Assembly (NCBI GenBank): GCA_965223905.1 | Contig: CBDCXV010000009.1 | Coordinates: forward strand, 32,001-96,000 | From: Candidatus Latescibacterota bacterium | Lineage (GTDB): Bacteria; Latescibacterota; UBA2968; UBA8231 | Direction: 5' to 3' | DNA length: 64,000 nt | Shown: piece by piece, positions 42,115 to 50,312 of the stretch | How the letters are laid out: each line of letters starts with the position of its first letter | Position numbering within the stretch: the first letter of the stretch is position 1 | Notes under the pieces: generated by a model | Database searches by the model: none | Told to the model about the DNA's origin: nothing | Seen by the model: only the letters and a program-made list of their open reading frames with translations | Position numbers and translations under genes: made by a program

Positions 42115-42687
42115 TCATTGCAACAGCTTGGCCACCGCCCGCCACATCTTGTCAAATGAGGGGGAGCGTTGGCGCGCCAGCTCCATGTCAAAGCGAGCGG
42201 TCAAGGCAGCTTGATCAGCTGTCGGACTGTAGGTCGGAAGCATTCGGCGTAGCCACTCCTTGGCGCCCTGGATGGATTCCGGATTTGGCGGGGGAGATAC
42301 ATCCTGTGAAATACCCGAGCCTGCGATCGACTCGGACGCCGCCACAAACCAGGTCTCATACTCGTACTTCGCCAACACTGTTTCGATTTGGCGATCCGGT
42401 CTGGCATCGCGGGCGCGTTGCAGGATATCTGGACCGAGTTCAGCCGGGCATTCTCCCTCGGCGTCCAGCAAAACTAATATGCAACCCCCGTCACCGACGC
42501 GGGCCGCTGCCAGGCTCATGTATCGTTCCAGCTCGCCCTCCTTGAGAATTCTCTGGCGACGCACGCGGATCGGTCTCAACACATTCGGCGGGGCAAGTGG
42601 GGAAACTTCCGTGCTGATCCGCCGAATCAACACGGGGACGGCCTCCACTTCGCCGTCCCCTTCGACAATAGCGGTGATTTTCACCAT
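42115..42687 (-). CDS. DUF4276 family (TOPRIM-like) protein
   Basis: IVEGDGE, LLDAE..CPA, EYETWF, PESI..AKEWL, RSPSF. Confidence 0.8.
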   Translation of the reverse strand: MVKITAIVEGDGEVEAVPVLIRRISTEVSPLAPPNVLRPIRVRRQRILKEGELERYMSLAAARVGDGGCILVLLDAEGECPAELGPDILQRARDARPDRQIETVLAKYEYETWFVAASESIAGSGISQDVSPPPNPESIQGAKEWLRRMLPTYSPTADQAALTARFDMELARQRSPSFDKMWRAVAKLLQ

Positions 42688-42688
42688 G

Positions 42689-43921
42689 TCAGGTGTCAGT
42701 TTCGCCGCCGAACATACTTAGCTGGGTCGGCCTCGAGAGCGCGGGATCGGGTATCAACTGATCCATGCGTAGCAGCTCACCTGCAGTGAAAAGATGGTTT
42801 CGAAGCATGGCCCGACTCGTCTCGTCCAGCGGGGCTAGCCGCGTCTCTCCATCCTCCGAAACCACGGCCAGTATGGACTCCAACGGGATCGTATCCCGAT
42901 CCAGGAGGTCCGCGCTATGGGTGGCAACAATCACCTGCGCGTGTTCGCTCCCCTCGCGCAGCACGTCGGTCAGCACACCCGCTGCGGCTGGATGGAGGGA
43001 GCCCTCCGGCTCTTCGATGCCGATCAGCTTCGCTTTTCCCGACTCCATGCCGGCGCCCTGGTAGAGGGCAATGAGCACCCCGAGAACGCGCAACGTTCCG
43101 TCCGAAACGTTGTTGGCGAGGAAACGCCAGGGATGAGGGTCGCCGCGGACTTCCTGACGAAACTCCAACGTCAGCTTGGGTCCCACCGTCTTCGACTCCA
43201 CGTCCACCGTTCCCGGGACGACCTTGGAGAGATACTTACCGACGCGCTCCGCACTCTCGGGCGCCTCCGACTTCAGGTTTGCGAGAACGCTGGCGATATT
43301 GCTTCCGTCCTGCTTAAGGAGATCGCCGGGATCCGGCGACTGCAGCTCGCGAACCTGCTCGGGATGGATGTTGTAGAAACCCATCCCGGCGAGCGCGTCG
43401 TAGACAGGACGGAACGCCGGGTAACCGGCTACCTGCATGAGGTAGAGACGGTCGTCTCCCGCCCCGGGCGGATGGGCGAATGAAGTGGTGATCGGACGCC
43501 CGTTCTCTACCCGGAAGAGTCCCGTCCGGTCGCTGTCCGCGGACTTGACCACGCACTCTTCTTTCCGCACGACGTAGCGCCCTTTCGGCCGGGCGCCTAC
43601 TTCGAACACGTACCAGCCAGTTGCCTCTGGAAGCCGGAAATTGAGACGGACGCCGAAGTGATTCGGATGACCTCGGGACCTCCGCCGGACTTCGTTGATG
43701 CCGCCGCGCTCGTGCAGGGCGTGGTCCAGGGAGAAGCGCAGGGCCTGGGCGGTAAAGCGGAGGGCGTCGAGGAAGTTGCTCTTGCCGGCGCCGTTGGCGC
43801 CGACCAGGATCGTCAAGGGCGTTAGCTCGACGTCGCAGGCGGCGATGCTCTTGTAGTTTCGCAGAGCGACCCGGGTGATGATCCTTGGATCGAACTCAGA
43901 TGTCGTGGACGTTTCCGTCAT
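42689..43921 (-). CDS. ABC-type ATPase (AAA_15/AAA_21)
   Basis: Walker A GANGAGKSN, signature VSDGT, Walker B IEEPE..LHP, THS. Confidence 0.88.
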   Translation of the reverse strand: MTETSTTSEFDPRIITRVALRNYKSIAACDVELTPLTILVGANGAGKSNFLDALRFTAQALRFSLDHALHERGGINEVRRRSRGHPNHFGVRLNFRLPEATGWYVFEVGARPKGRYVVRKEECVVKSADSDRTGLFRVENGRPITTSFAHPPGAGDDRLYLMQVAGYPAFRPVYDALAGMGFYNIHPEQVRELQSPDPGDLLKQDGSNIASVLANLKSEAPESAERVGKYLSKVVPGTVDVESKTVGPKLTLEFRQEVRGDPHPWRFLANNVSDGTLRVLGVLIALYQGAGMESGKAKLIGIEEPEGSLHPAAAGVLTDVLREGSEHAQVIVATHSADLLDRDTIPLESILAVVSEDGETRLAPLDETSRAMLRNHLFTAGELLRMDQLIPDPALSRPTQLSMFGGETDT

Positions 43922-43978
43922 TTTTTATCTGATTCGCTAATGGTGTATAGTTCGTCCGTCGTCCAATCCCAATACGCT

Positions 43979-44422
43979 TCAGCGCCCTGCGTCCCTGGCC
44001 GCTTCCTCTATCCAATCATCCATGTTGTTGTAGCCATCATGTTTATTCCAGAGATAGAACGGGTAACCAGCCGGTATTTTGCCGCACCGTTTAGTCGTGT
44101 TTCCATCCAGATCCTTGATTTTGCTGATGTCGATTCCAAGTAAACCGTTGTTCCGCTTCTTGCTCTGCTCTATTTCGTACTTTACCCACCTGCTTGAACA
44201 GGTGCGAGCTCCTACCAATACGACGGTTACGGAGGTGCCATGAAGCTGGTTGTCGATCCACCGCTTAATGGCCGCATCCCCCTGTCGCTTGATCTTCTCG
44301 AAATCCGCAGCGTCAACAAAACCCGCTGCCTCCTTTCCCTGCGTCACCCAGCTGTTGCGGACGACCATTGCGCGAGACACGTCGGGTTTGTACTTGAAAC
44401 TGAAAAACACTCTACGAGCCAT
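43979..44422 (-). CDS. ThsB-like TIR domain protein (DUF1863)
   Basis: RRVFFSF, TSVTVVLVG..T..SRWVKYEI (catalytic Glu), NGLLGI; AGGAG RBS. Confidence 0.88.
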   Translation of the reverse strand: MARRVFFSFKYKPDVSRAMVVRNSWVTQGKEAAGFVDAADFEKIKRQGDAAIKRWIDNQLHGTSVTVVLVGARTCSSRWVKYEIEQSKKRNNGLLGIDISKIKDLDGNTTKRCGKIPAGYPFYLWNKHDGYNNMDDWIEEAARDAGR

Positions 44423-44774
44423 TAGCTTGTTCTCCTGAAACATTGAACAGGACAAAGATGGAGGAAGGGAAATAACCCTTCCCGGCAGCCTTCCGTTCCT
44501 CGTTCGACTCTTCCGCAAGGCCGGCCGACTCCGGGACTTCCCCGTCCATGTCGTCGTCTTCGTCCGCGTCGGCGCTCGTATCAGCTGCGGACCCGGACGG
44601 GATCAAACAACCGGCCAGGTACCAGTTCGACGGCCGCCGCCATCCAGGAAGGCGCTCGTCGGCCAGGGAGTGGCCGACCCAGGGCCCTACCAGATCGAGA
44701 TTCAGCGCTTCAATCAGGCGGTCGCGTACTTCTGCAGAGGTACTGGGTTTGCGGTCCTGGGGTTTGTCGGTCAC
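44412..44774 (-). pseudogene. Truncated second copy of drmA 5' end, fused to the C-terminal tail of a TM-effector gene
   Basis: 44458-44782 aligns with 41666-41990; tail IFVLFNVSGEQANGS resembles VLVVFYLPGEQAINNGS of the 46624 gene. Confidence 0.85.
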
Positions 44775-44942
44775 GGGGACTTACTTCTTGGCTGTCTTTG
44801 ATGCATCACTGGAAGAGCAGTTCAGCGTCTGACCGGTGCCGGCGATGGGCATCGATAAAATCGGCAGGGTGGATCATCGCAGGGCTCGCTCGGTGTTGTC
44901 CTGCCATCGGGAAGTTCGCGCAGCAAACCAGAACCCCACCGC

Positions 44943-46520
44943 TCACATCCCCCACACATCGATCTCGACCCCGCTGTCCGACACCCGGCGGCAGTGAAAC
45001 AGTTTGTCCGCCCAACGCCGACCTTCACGCCGGTCGAAAATCACCAGGTGGCCCGCCTCCCCTCCGCAGCGATCCATGTATTCGAACGTCTGTTCCAACC
45101 CCTCGGCAATCGTCTGCTCCAAGCTCCTGTGCAGCACCTTGCACTCGACGACGAACCGGCGCGTCCGCTCTCCTTGCGGCCACACGATCAGCAAGTCCGT
45201 CCGCATCCGCCCCAATCCGTACTCGCGCTCGATGCGACCGCCGCTGTTGACGATCCGCTGCAAAAACGCCTGCAGCAGCAACTGCGGGCCGGCTTCCCTG
45301 TACTCGAATCGCTCGACCCAGTGTTCGGAGTGCTCGCGGAAGAACTCCTGGAACGCCGACAGCAGCTTGACCACGTCCAGCCTCCCCTCGGCATCCACAT
45401 ACCAGGCGGCGTCCTGCTCGAATTCCCCCTGCACCACCCACGTCAGTTCGCGCGGCACCACCTCGGCATAGATCGGGTTGGCGATGCGATACGGCAGGTC
45501 TTGTGCGACCAGCCCGAGATCCCGCACATACTCGATGTCGCGGTCGGCGAAGTGGCGTTCCTCTCCGCCGCTCAACAGCGGCTCGACAACCCGGCGAACC
45601 CGCTCCTCCTTGAGTTTGTCGGCCAACTGGTCCAGATGCGTCTCGCGCAGCAGGATGAGCTGCTCCTGGGCGGCGCGGATGGCTTCGGCGGTGACCGGAC
45701 GATGCCACGCCTGCGCACATTCGCCCTGGAAACAGGCTTCGTCGCCCAGCGCGTTGACCAGCCACGGCTGCCCTTGTGTCTGCGTCCAGACCGTCTCCAG
45801 CGCCTCGGGGGTAAACACCTGCCCCGTCTCCTCGGTGTGCTGACCGAGCAGCGCCCGCACCTCCTCCCGGGAAAAGTCCCCTAACCGCAGGGATGCCGCT
45901 TTTATATTGAACGCGCTGCCACCGGCGATGATGGCGTTCTCCGCGGTGGATTGAATGCGATAGTCGCGCACATCGCGCACCCCGCACAGCACCACGCTCT
46001 GCGGAAAACCCTCTGGCCGCAGATCGTATCCCGACCGCAACTGGCGCAGCACCGACAGCAAGGAATCGCCGATCAAGGAATCGATTTCGTCGATGAGCAG
46101 CACCAAGGGCTTCGGGTCGGCCTTGGACCAGCGCGTCAACGCCACTTGCAGAGCGGCGTGGGGACCGAATTCGGCTAAGATGTCCGACCAGACCGCGAGC
46201 AGAAATTCGTCGTCCAGGGTCACGCTCGCTCGCAACGCCAACGTTCCCAAAATGGTGCGCATGACCTGTTCCACGTCTTCGCGCCCGGTTTGCCCGGCCT
46301 CGACATTGACGTACACGCAGCGATAGGTCCCTCCGGCGTTGAGCAGGTCGCGCAGCGCCAGGAGGACCGATGTCTTGCCCGTCTGACGCGGCGCATGCAA
46401 AACGAAGTACTTCTCGTCCCGCACCAACGCGAGCACCTCGGCGAGGTTCAGCCGGTCCAACGGCGGGATGCAGTGGTGCTTTTCGGGCTTGACCGGACCA
46501 GTAGTGCTGAAAAAACGCAT
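44943..46520 (-). CDS. P-loop ATPase with C-terminal PD-(D/E)XK nuclease-like domain
   Basis: APRQTGKT, LLIDEID; C-terminal EYGLGRMRTDLLI...VVECK. Confidence 0.82.
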   Translation of the reverse strand: MRFFSTTGPVKPEKHHCIPPLDRLNLAEVLALVRDEKYFVLHAPRQTGKTSVLLALRDLLNAGGTYRCVYVNVEAGQTGREDVEQVMRTILGTLALRASVTLDDEFLLAVWSDILAEFGPHAALQVALTRWSKADPKPLVLLIDEIDSLIGDSLLSVLRQLRSGYDLRPEGFPQSVVLCGVRDVRDYRIQSTAENAIIAGGSAFNIKAASLRLGDFSREEVRALLGQHTEETGQVFTPEALETVWTQTQGQPWLVNALGDEACFQGECAQAWHRPVTAEAIRAAQEQLILLRETHLDQLADKLKEERVRRVVEPLLSGGEERHFADRDIEYVRDLGLVAQDLPYRIANPIYAEVVPRELTWVVQGEFEQDAAWYVDAEGRLDVVKLLSAFQEFFREHSEHWVERFEYREAGPQLLLQAFLQRIVNSGGRIEREYGLGRMRTDLLIVWPQGERTRRFVVECKVLHRSLEQTIAEGLEQTFEYMDRCGGEAGHLVIFDRREGRRWADKLFHCRRVSDSGVEIDVWGM

Positions 46521-46623
46521 CGTTGTATCCTCTCGAAAGCAAGACGGAAAGGGGTGCTATCCGGAAGGGTAGGTAAAGAAACCTATCCGCCTTTGTACGG
46601 AATCGGCGACGCCGTCCCGGCCT

Positions 46624-47052
46624 CTACGAGCCGTTATTAATAGCTTGTTCTCCTGGAAGGTAGAATACGACCAGAACAATCGCGATGATGAGAGCTCCGT
46701 AGAACGGAACCAGCGTTATCGACAAGGTTGAGCCAATCCAAGAGCGCTTCCAACCCGTTCGGAACGCAGCGGTGGCCATTGAAAAGTCGACTTCACTTTC
46801 GTCCACCACCCGGACATGGTCGTAGAGCGCTCGGAACAGGCGTTCCTGCCACAGGTAGTAACCGTCGAGGTCCCAGAAGACGAGGACAGGTGTCAATGCG
46901 ATGTAGGCAACATGGAGGCGATCCTCTATCGCCAACAGGACGAACAGGGCAGTGACCAGAACCACGATCCACCCCTTCACGCGGAACGAGTCGGTCGCAA
47001 GGCGGTTGACCACCCCTTGGATCAATTCAAGATGCTTGAGCTTTGATTCCAT
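46624..47052 (-). CDS. Small multi-pass (3-4 TM) membrane protein, TIR-associated effector type
   Basis: MESKLKHLELIQGVVNRLATDSFRVKGW, hydrophobic helices, LDGYYLWQERLFRALYDHVR. Confidence 0.75.
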   Translation of the reverse strand: MESKLKHLELIQGVVNRLATDSFRVKGWIVVLVTALFVLLAIEDRLHVAYIALTPVLVFWDLDGYYLWQERLFRALYDHVRVVDESEVDFSMATAAFRTGWKRSWIGSTLSITLVPFYGALIIAIVLVVFYLPGEQAINNGS

Positions 47053-47599
47053 TGGCATTGCCTGCGGGAATGGATGGCTTGTTCGATGGTATTTGCTGCC
47101 TCCCGGGCACCCTTCTCGCAGTTGCTGGTTCCACCGGATCAGGAGCATCGTGGGGTTTGAACACTATCGTCCGTACGTCCGGAAGGTCCTGCATTGCCCT
47201 TTCGATCCGCACCCGTACATCTGCCCAGGCAAGTCCGCCGAGCCCAGCGCCCAAGGGAGGAATCGCGATGGAGCAGATTTTCCGAGACCGGACTTCGGCA
47301 ATCAGCGCATTCAGACCCGAGTCGATGTCTTCGATCCTGGACTTGCCCCGCCAGTGCCGCTTGGTCGGGAAGTTGATGATGTAGCGAGGCGAAACCAACT
47401 GTCCCGTTTCGAACACGAACATGCGTCCAGGCTGGACTTCCTTCTTGCGACAGGCAGCTTCATATGCTTTGAAATTATCAGGCCAGGACTTCTTGAACTG
47501 CAGGGCGATTCCCCTGCCCATTAAGCCGACGCAGTTGACCGTGTTTACGAGGGCTTCCACATCCTCGTCGAGGATGTTGCCTGTCTTGTACTCTACCAT
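47027..47599 (-). CDS. Macrodomain protein (DarG N-terminal type), lacking the DarG C-terminal domain
   Basis: ALVNTVNCVGLMGRGIALQFK, IINFPTKRHWR, SIAIPPLGAGLGGL. Confidence 0.85.
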   Translation of the reverse strand: MVEYKTGNILDEDVEALVNTVNCVGLMGRGIALQFKKSWPDNFKAYEAACRKKEVQPGRMFVFETGQLVSPRYIINFPTKRHWRGKSRIEDIDSGLNALIAEVRSRKICSIAIPPLGAGLGGLAWADVRVRIERAMQDLPDVRTIVFKPHDAPDPVEPATARRVPGRQQIPSNKPSIPAGNANGIKAQAS

Positions 47600-47721
47600 C
47601 CCAATCTTCCTCCGCGTTAGAAGTAACCAGTGCCGTAGTAGCGATCGTGGACCAGTCGAGCTCGCCAGGCTGGCCAAGAGGCTCCTCTGGGGAGACTCAC
47701 AACCGCTGTTCTCCCCGGCAC

Positions 47722-48891
47722 TCATGTAGCAGTTATCCCTTCGAGTGGCTCGATCTCCTTCAACTCAAGACTTGTCCGGATCTCGCCAACTCCAGTCTCT
47801 TCAACTCGTTCAATGCAGTCCACCTCGTATCGTTGAGTGTCCACGATCAAACCACTCAGCGCGCCTTGCAAGTCACTGGCGGAACGGCCGTGATGCGAGA
47901 TCCCTTCGTCGTCCCGCAGGGTCCAGAGGCCCGATTCCACGTTGACGTGTATGAAGACACCCCTGAGAGTGACCTCCTCAACCGTCAAGTCCTTCTGCGC
48001 CACGATCAAGTTGTAGAGTCTCTCTGCGGAATCTCGAGAAATCGCCCTGGTGGATGAGAACGTCCGGTCCGGTGCCGACCACTGGTATCCAAGGGCCGAT
48101 TCCGAGTCAACCAGGAACTTCAGCAATCGCCGATAGGCAGCTACGAGGTGACCCCTGTTCTGACGCATAGTCGAAAGTCCTGCCTCCGGTGCATCGATGC
48201 CTTCGGTCAGGGCATCGACCCGATCCAGGGCCCGGGACAGACCTACGTATCCGAGCAAGTCAGGCTCCGCCCTCGACTGCAAATGGATGGTGAAGGACCC
48301 GTGGGAAAAGCCAGAGACGTCCATCATCCAGTTAGACTCGTCCGAAATCATTTTTCGTGTATCGGGGCCGACATCGCGAAGAACCTTCCGATATGCCTGG
48401 CCAACCAGATTCTGGAAAAGTGACAGACATATGGCCAGGTTGGTAACGCCTATCTGTGCCGCGATGTGGGATTCGGGAGGGCTCATCCGAAGGTGCAAGA
48501 CTGCCTTGCCACGGGACGTTACCTCCTGCGTCACAGCGTTCGGCTCCACAAAGTCCGACACTCGAAGGTCGGGCTCGGGGAGCCACTTCTCAGGGGGGTG
48601 ACCTACTGGAGACAACGCCAAGCGGTCCTTCACTTCGGTGTCACCAGTGAGCGCCGCAGTATAGTACTCGTCAACTTCAGGGATCGTAAGCGCACTGCGG
48701 ACGTCCAGAATACCGGCCTCCAGTTGATACAACCGATTTGCTGACATGGGCGTCAGGAGGTATGCATCCCCGCCGTCCGGGGCCTGGACCAGCAATCCGA
48801 GATAGAGTTGTCCCACCTCATCACTGGCCACGATCACCTGAGGTCCATCGTAGTAGATCAGGGTTCTCACAAGTCGGACGGATCTGCGCAT
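47722..48891 (-). CDS. DUF6575-like N-terminal domain protein
   Basis: LIYYDGPQV....GQLYL, WLPE; GFSHGSF; 3 nt downstream of the preceding gene. Confidence 0.65.
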   Translation of the reverse strand: MRRSVRLVRTLIYYDGPQVIVASDEVGQLYLGLLVQAPDGGDAYLLTPMSANRLYQLEAGILDVRSALTIPEVDEYYTAALTGDTEVKDRLALSPVGHPPEKWLPEPDLRVSDFVEPNAVTQEVTSRGKAVLHLRMSPPESHIAAQIGVTNLAICLSLFQNLVGQAYRKVLRDVGPDTRKMISDESNWMMDVSGFSHGSFTIHLQSRAEPDLLGYVGLSRALDRVDALTEGIDAPEAGLSTMRQNRGHLVAAYRRLLKFLVDSESALGYQWSAPDRTFSSTRAISRDSAERLYNLIVAQKDLTVEEVTLRGVFIHVNVESGLWTLRDDEGISHHGRSASDLQGALSGLIVDTQRYEVDCIERVEETGVGEIRTSLELKEIEPLEGITAT

Positions 48892-48894
48892 TCT

Positions 48895-49287
48895 TCAGCC
48901 CCGCTTCAGTTTGACTGGCACGGCCAATGGAACCGGGTCGAAGTTTGCTCGGCGCCACCAGGACACGTGGCCCGGCTTGCCACAGGTCTTCTTGGTAACG
49001 CCAGCGGTTCGAGAAAGGGTAAGGGAAACAATGGCTCCACCCTTGAACCGTGGCAATTTCAAGACACCACTGGCGCTCTTGCGAACGAGGAAAAGCGATA
49101 CCGCCCGTGCCTGGCACTCAGGTACCGAGAACGGTCGTTCCGGGTAGAGTGCTCTCTGGGAAACGAAATCGCAGTCAGTCGGGGGAATCGTCCGAACGAC
49201 CCGGAAGTGCGGTTCAGAAACGGGCGCCCCCGCGTCTCTTGGCGGGCAGTCCTCCGGAAGTTCTTCGTACCAGTCGTTCTCAGCCAT
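48895..49287 (-). CDS. Hypothetical protein, ADP-ribosyltransferase/RES-like fold suspected
   Basis: LPEDCPP..A, FRVV, DF.S, C.ARAVSLF, HVSWW. Confidence 0.6.
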   Translation of the reverse strand: MAENDWYEELPEDCPPRDAGAPVSEPHFRVVRTIPPTDCDFVSQRALYPERPFSVPECQARAVSLFLVRKSASGVLKLPRFKGGAIVSLTLSRTAGVTKKTCGKPGHVSWWRRANFDPVPLAVPVKLKRG

Positions 49288-49843
49288 TTGTCACCCACCC
49301 CTGTTCCGCAAGTACGTTACGCGCCAGGGGAAGTTGTCCGACTGTCGCGCCGACTAAAGGTGCTGCACCCGGAGCCTCACCTTCCAGCACCATCTCCTTC
49401 ACTGCCCGGCGCACGAAGCGCCCGACGTCGGCATGACTGGCGCCCTTGAACCGGCCCCGCCCGGCGATCTCCACCACCTCGAAACCCCGTCGTCCACCGC
49501 GCAGCTTGACCGCAAGTAGCCGGCACAGCGAAGCGTAGGCGGCTTGAGGAAAGCACTTCCTCGAAGCCCCGCCAGATGGCGGTATCGAGGAGACCCTCGT
49601 GGTTGGTGGCGGGGATGAGGAGGCAGCGGCCTCCGTAGGCGTGGAGCATCTTGCAGGAGCCAAAAGGATTTAGTGGATGGGCGGCCATAGAGAATGGTCT
49701 CCAAAGTCCTCCAGGAGCAGGTGGTGCTGCTTTTCCCGTTCCTCTTCGATCACGGGCTTTTTCCGCGTTACGAAAGCCTCCCAAATCCGCTTCTGTTAGG
49801 GAGCGAACGAATTTTTTCAGGGGTTGGGCGTTTGCCAGGATCC

Positions 49844-50305
49844 TTACCCGGACGACCTTCGCCGGCGTGAAACAGAATGGTTCGCTAAACTGTTCAGAGT
49901 TCCGAATAGCAGGTCATCCGAAGGTAGATGAGAATAAAACTGTGGGGGGTGAAAATCCTCAACGACTTGACGAATGTTTTCCAGGGTGCAAGGATCCTGG
50001 ATTCTCTTTACCGAGGAAAGGACCAAGGCCGATACCTGCCGACTATTTCCTATGTAGAAATCGAAATGTGTTTTTTCGATGCAGATTTTTTCACCGTAGC
50101 GGTCCCATATTTCGGAAGGGATTCCATGAGAAACCGTTTTTATTTTCGCATTAGCGACTATCCTGCCCACAGGTTGGGTTGCGTATATCCAAATCGTGGT
50201 TCCAGATTTCAATCTAACAGTTCTATTCCTGAGTTCTACCGTCTTTTCCCCAGACAGAATCAGGTTCGCGTATTGAGGCTTAAGAGAAATTATGGCTTGG
50301 TCCAT
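49844..50305 (-). CDS. ASCH domain protein
   Basis: IISLKPQYANLILSGEKTVELR, IWIYATQPVGRIV, PPQFY. Confidence 0.88.
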   Translation of the reverse strand: MDQAIISLKPQYANLILSGEKTVELRNRTVRLKSGTTIWIYATQPVGRIVANAKIKTVSHGIPSEIWDRYGEKICIEKTHFDFYIGNSRQVSALVLSSVKRIQDPCTLENIRQVVEDFHPPQFYSHLPSDDLLFGTLNSLANHSVSRRRRSSG

Positions 50306-50312
50306 GAACTCT

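Noticed and set aside
43979-44422. Canonical Thoeris (thsA-thsB) call
   Set aside because: No SIR2/SLOG or fused TM-Macro ThsA in the window
47027-47725. Intact DarTG toxin-antitoxin system
   Set aside because: No darT ORF, and the DarG C-terminal domain is missing
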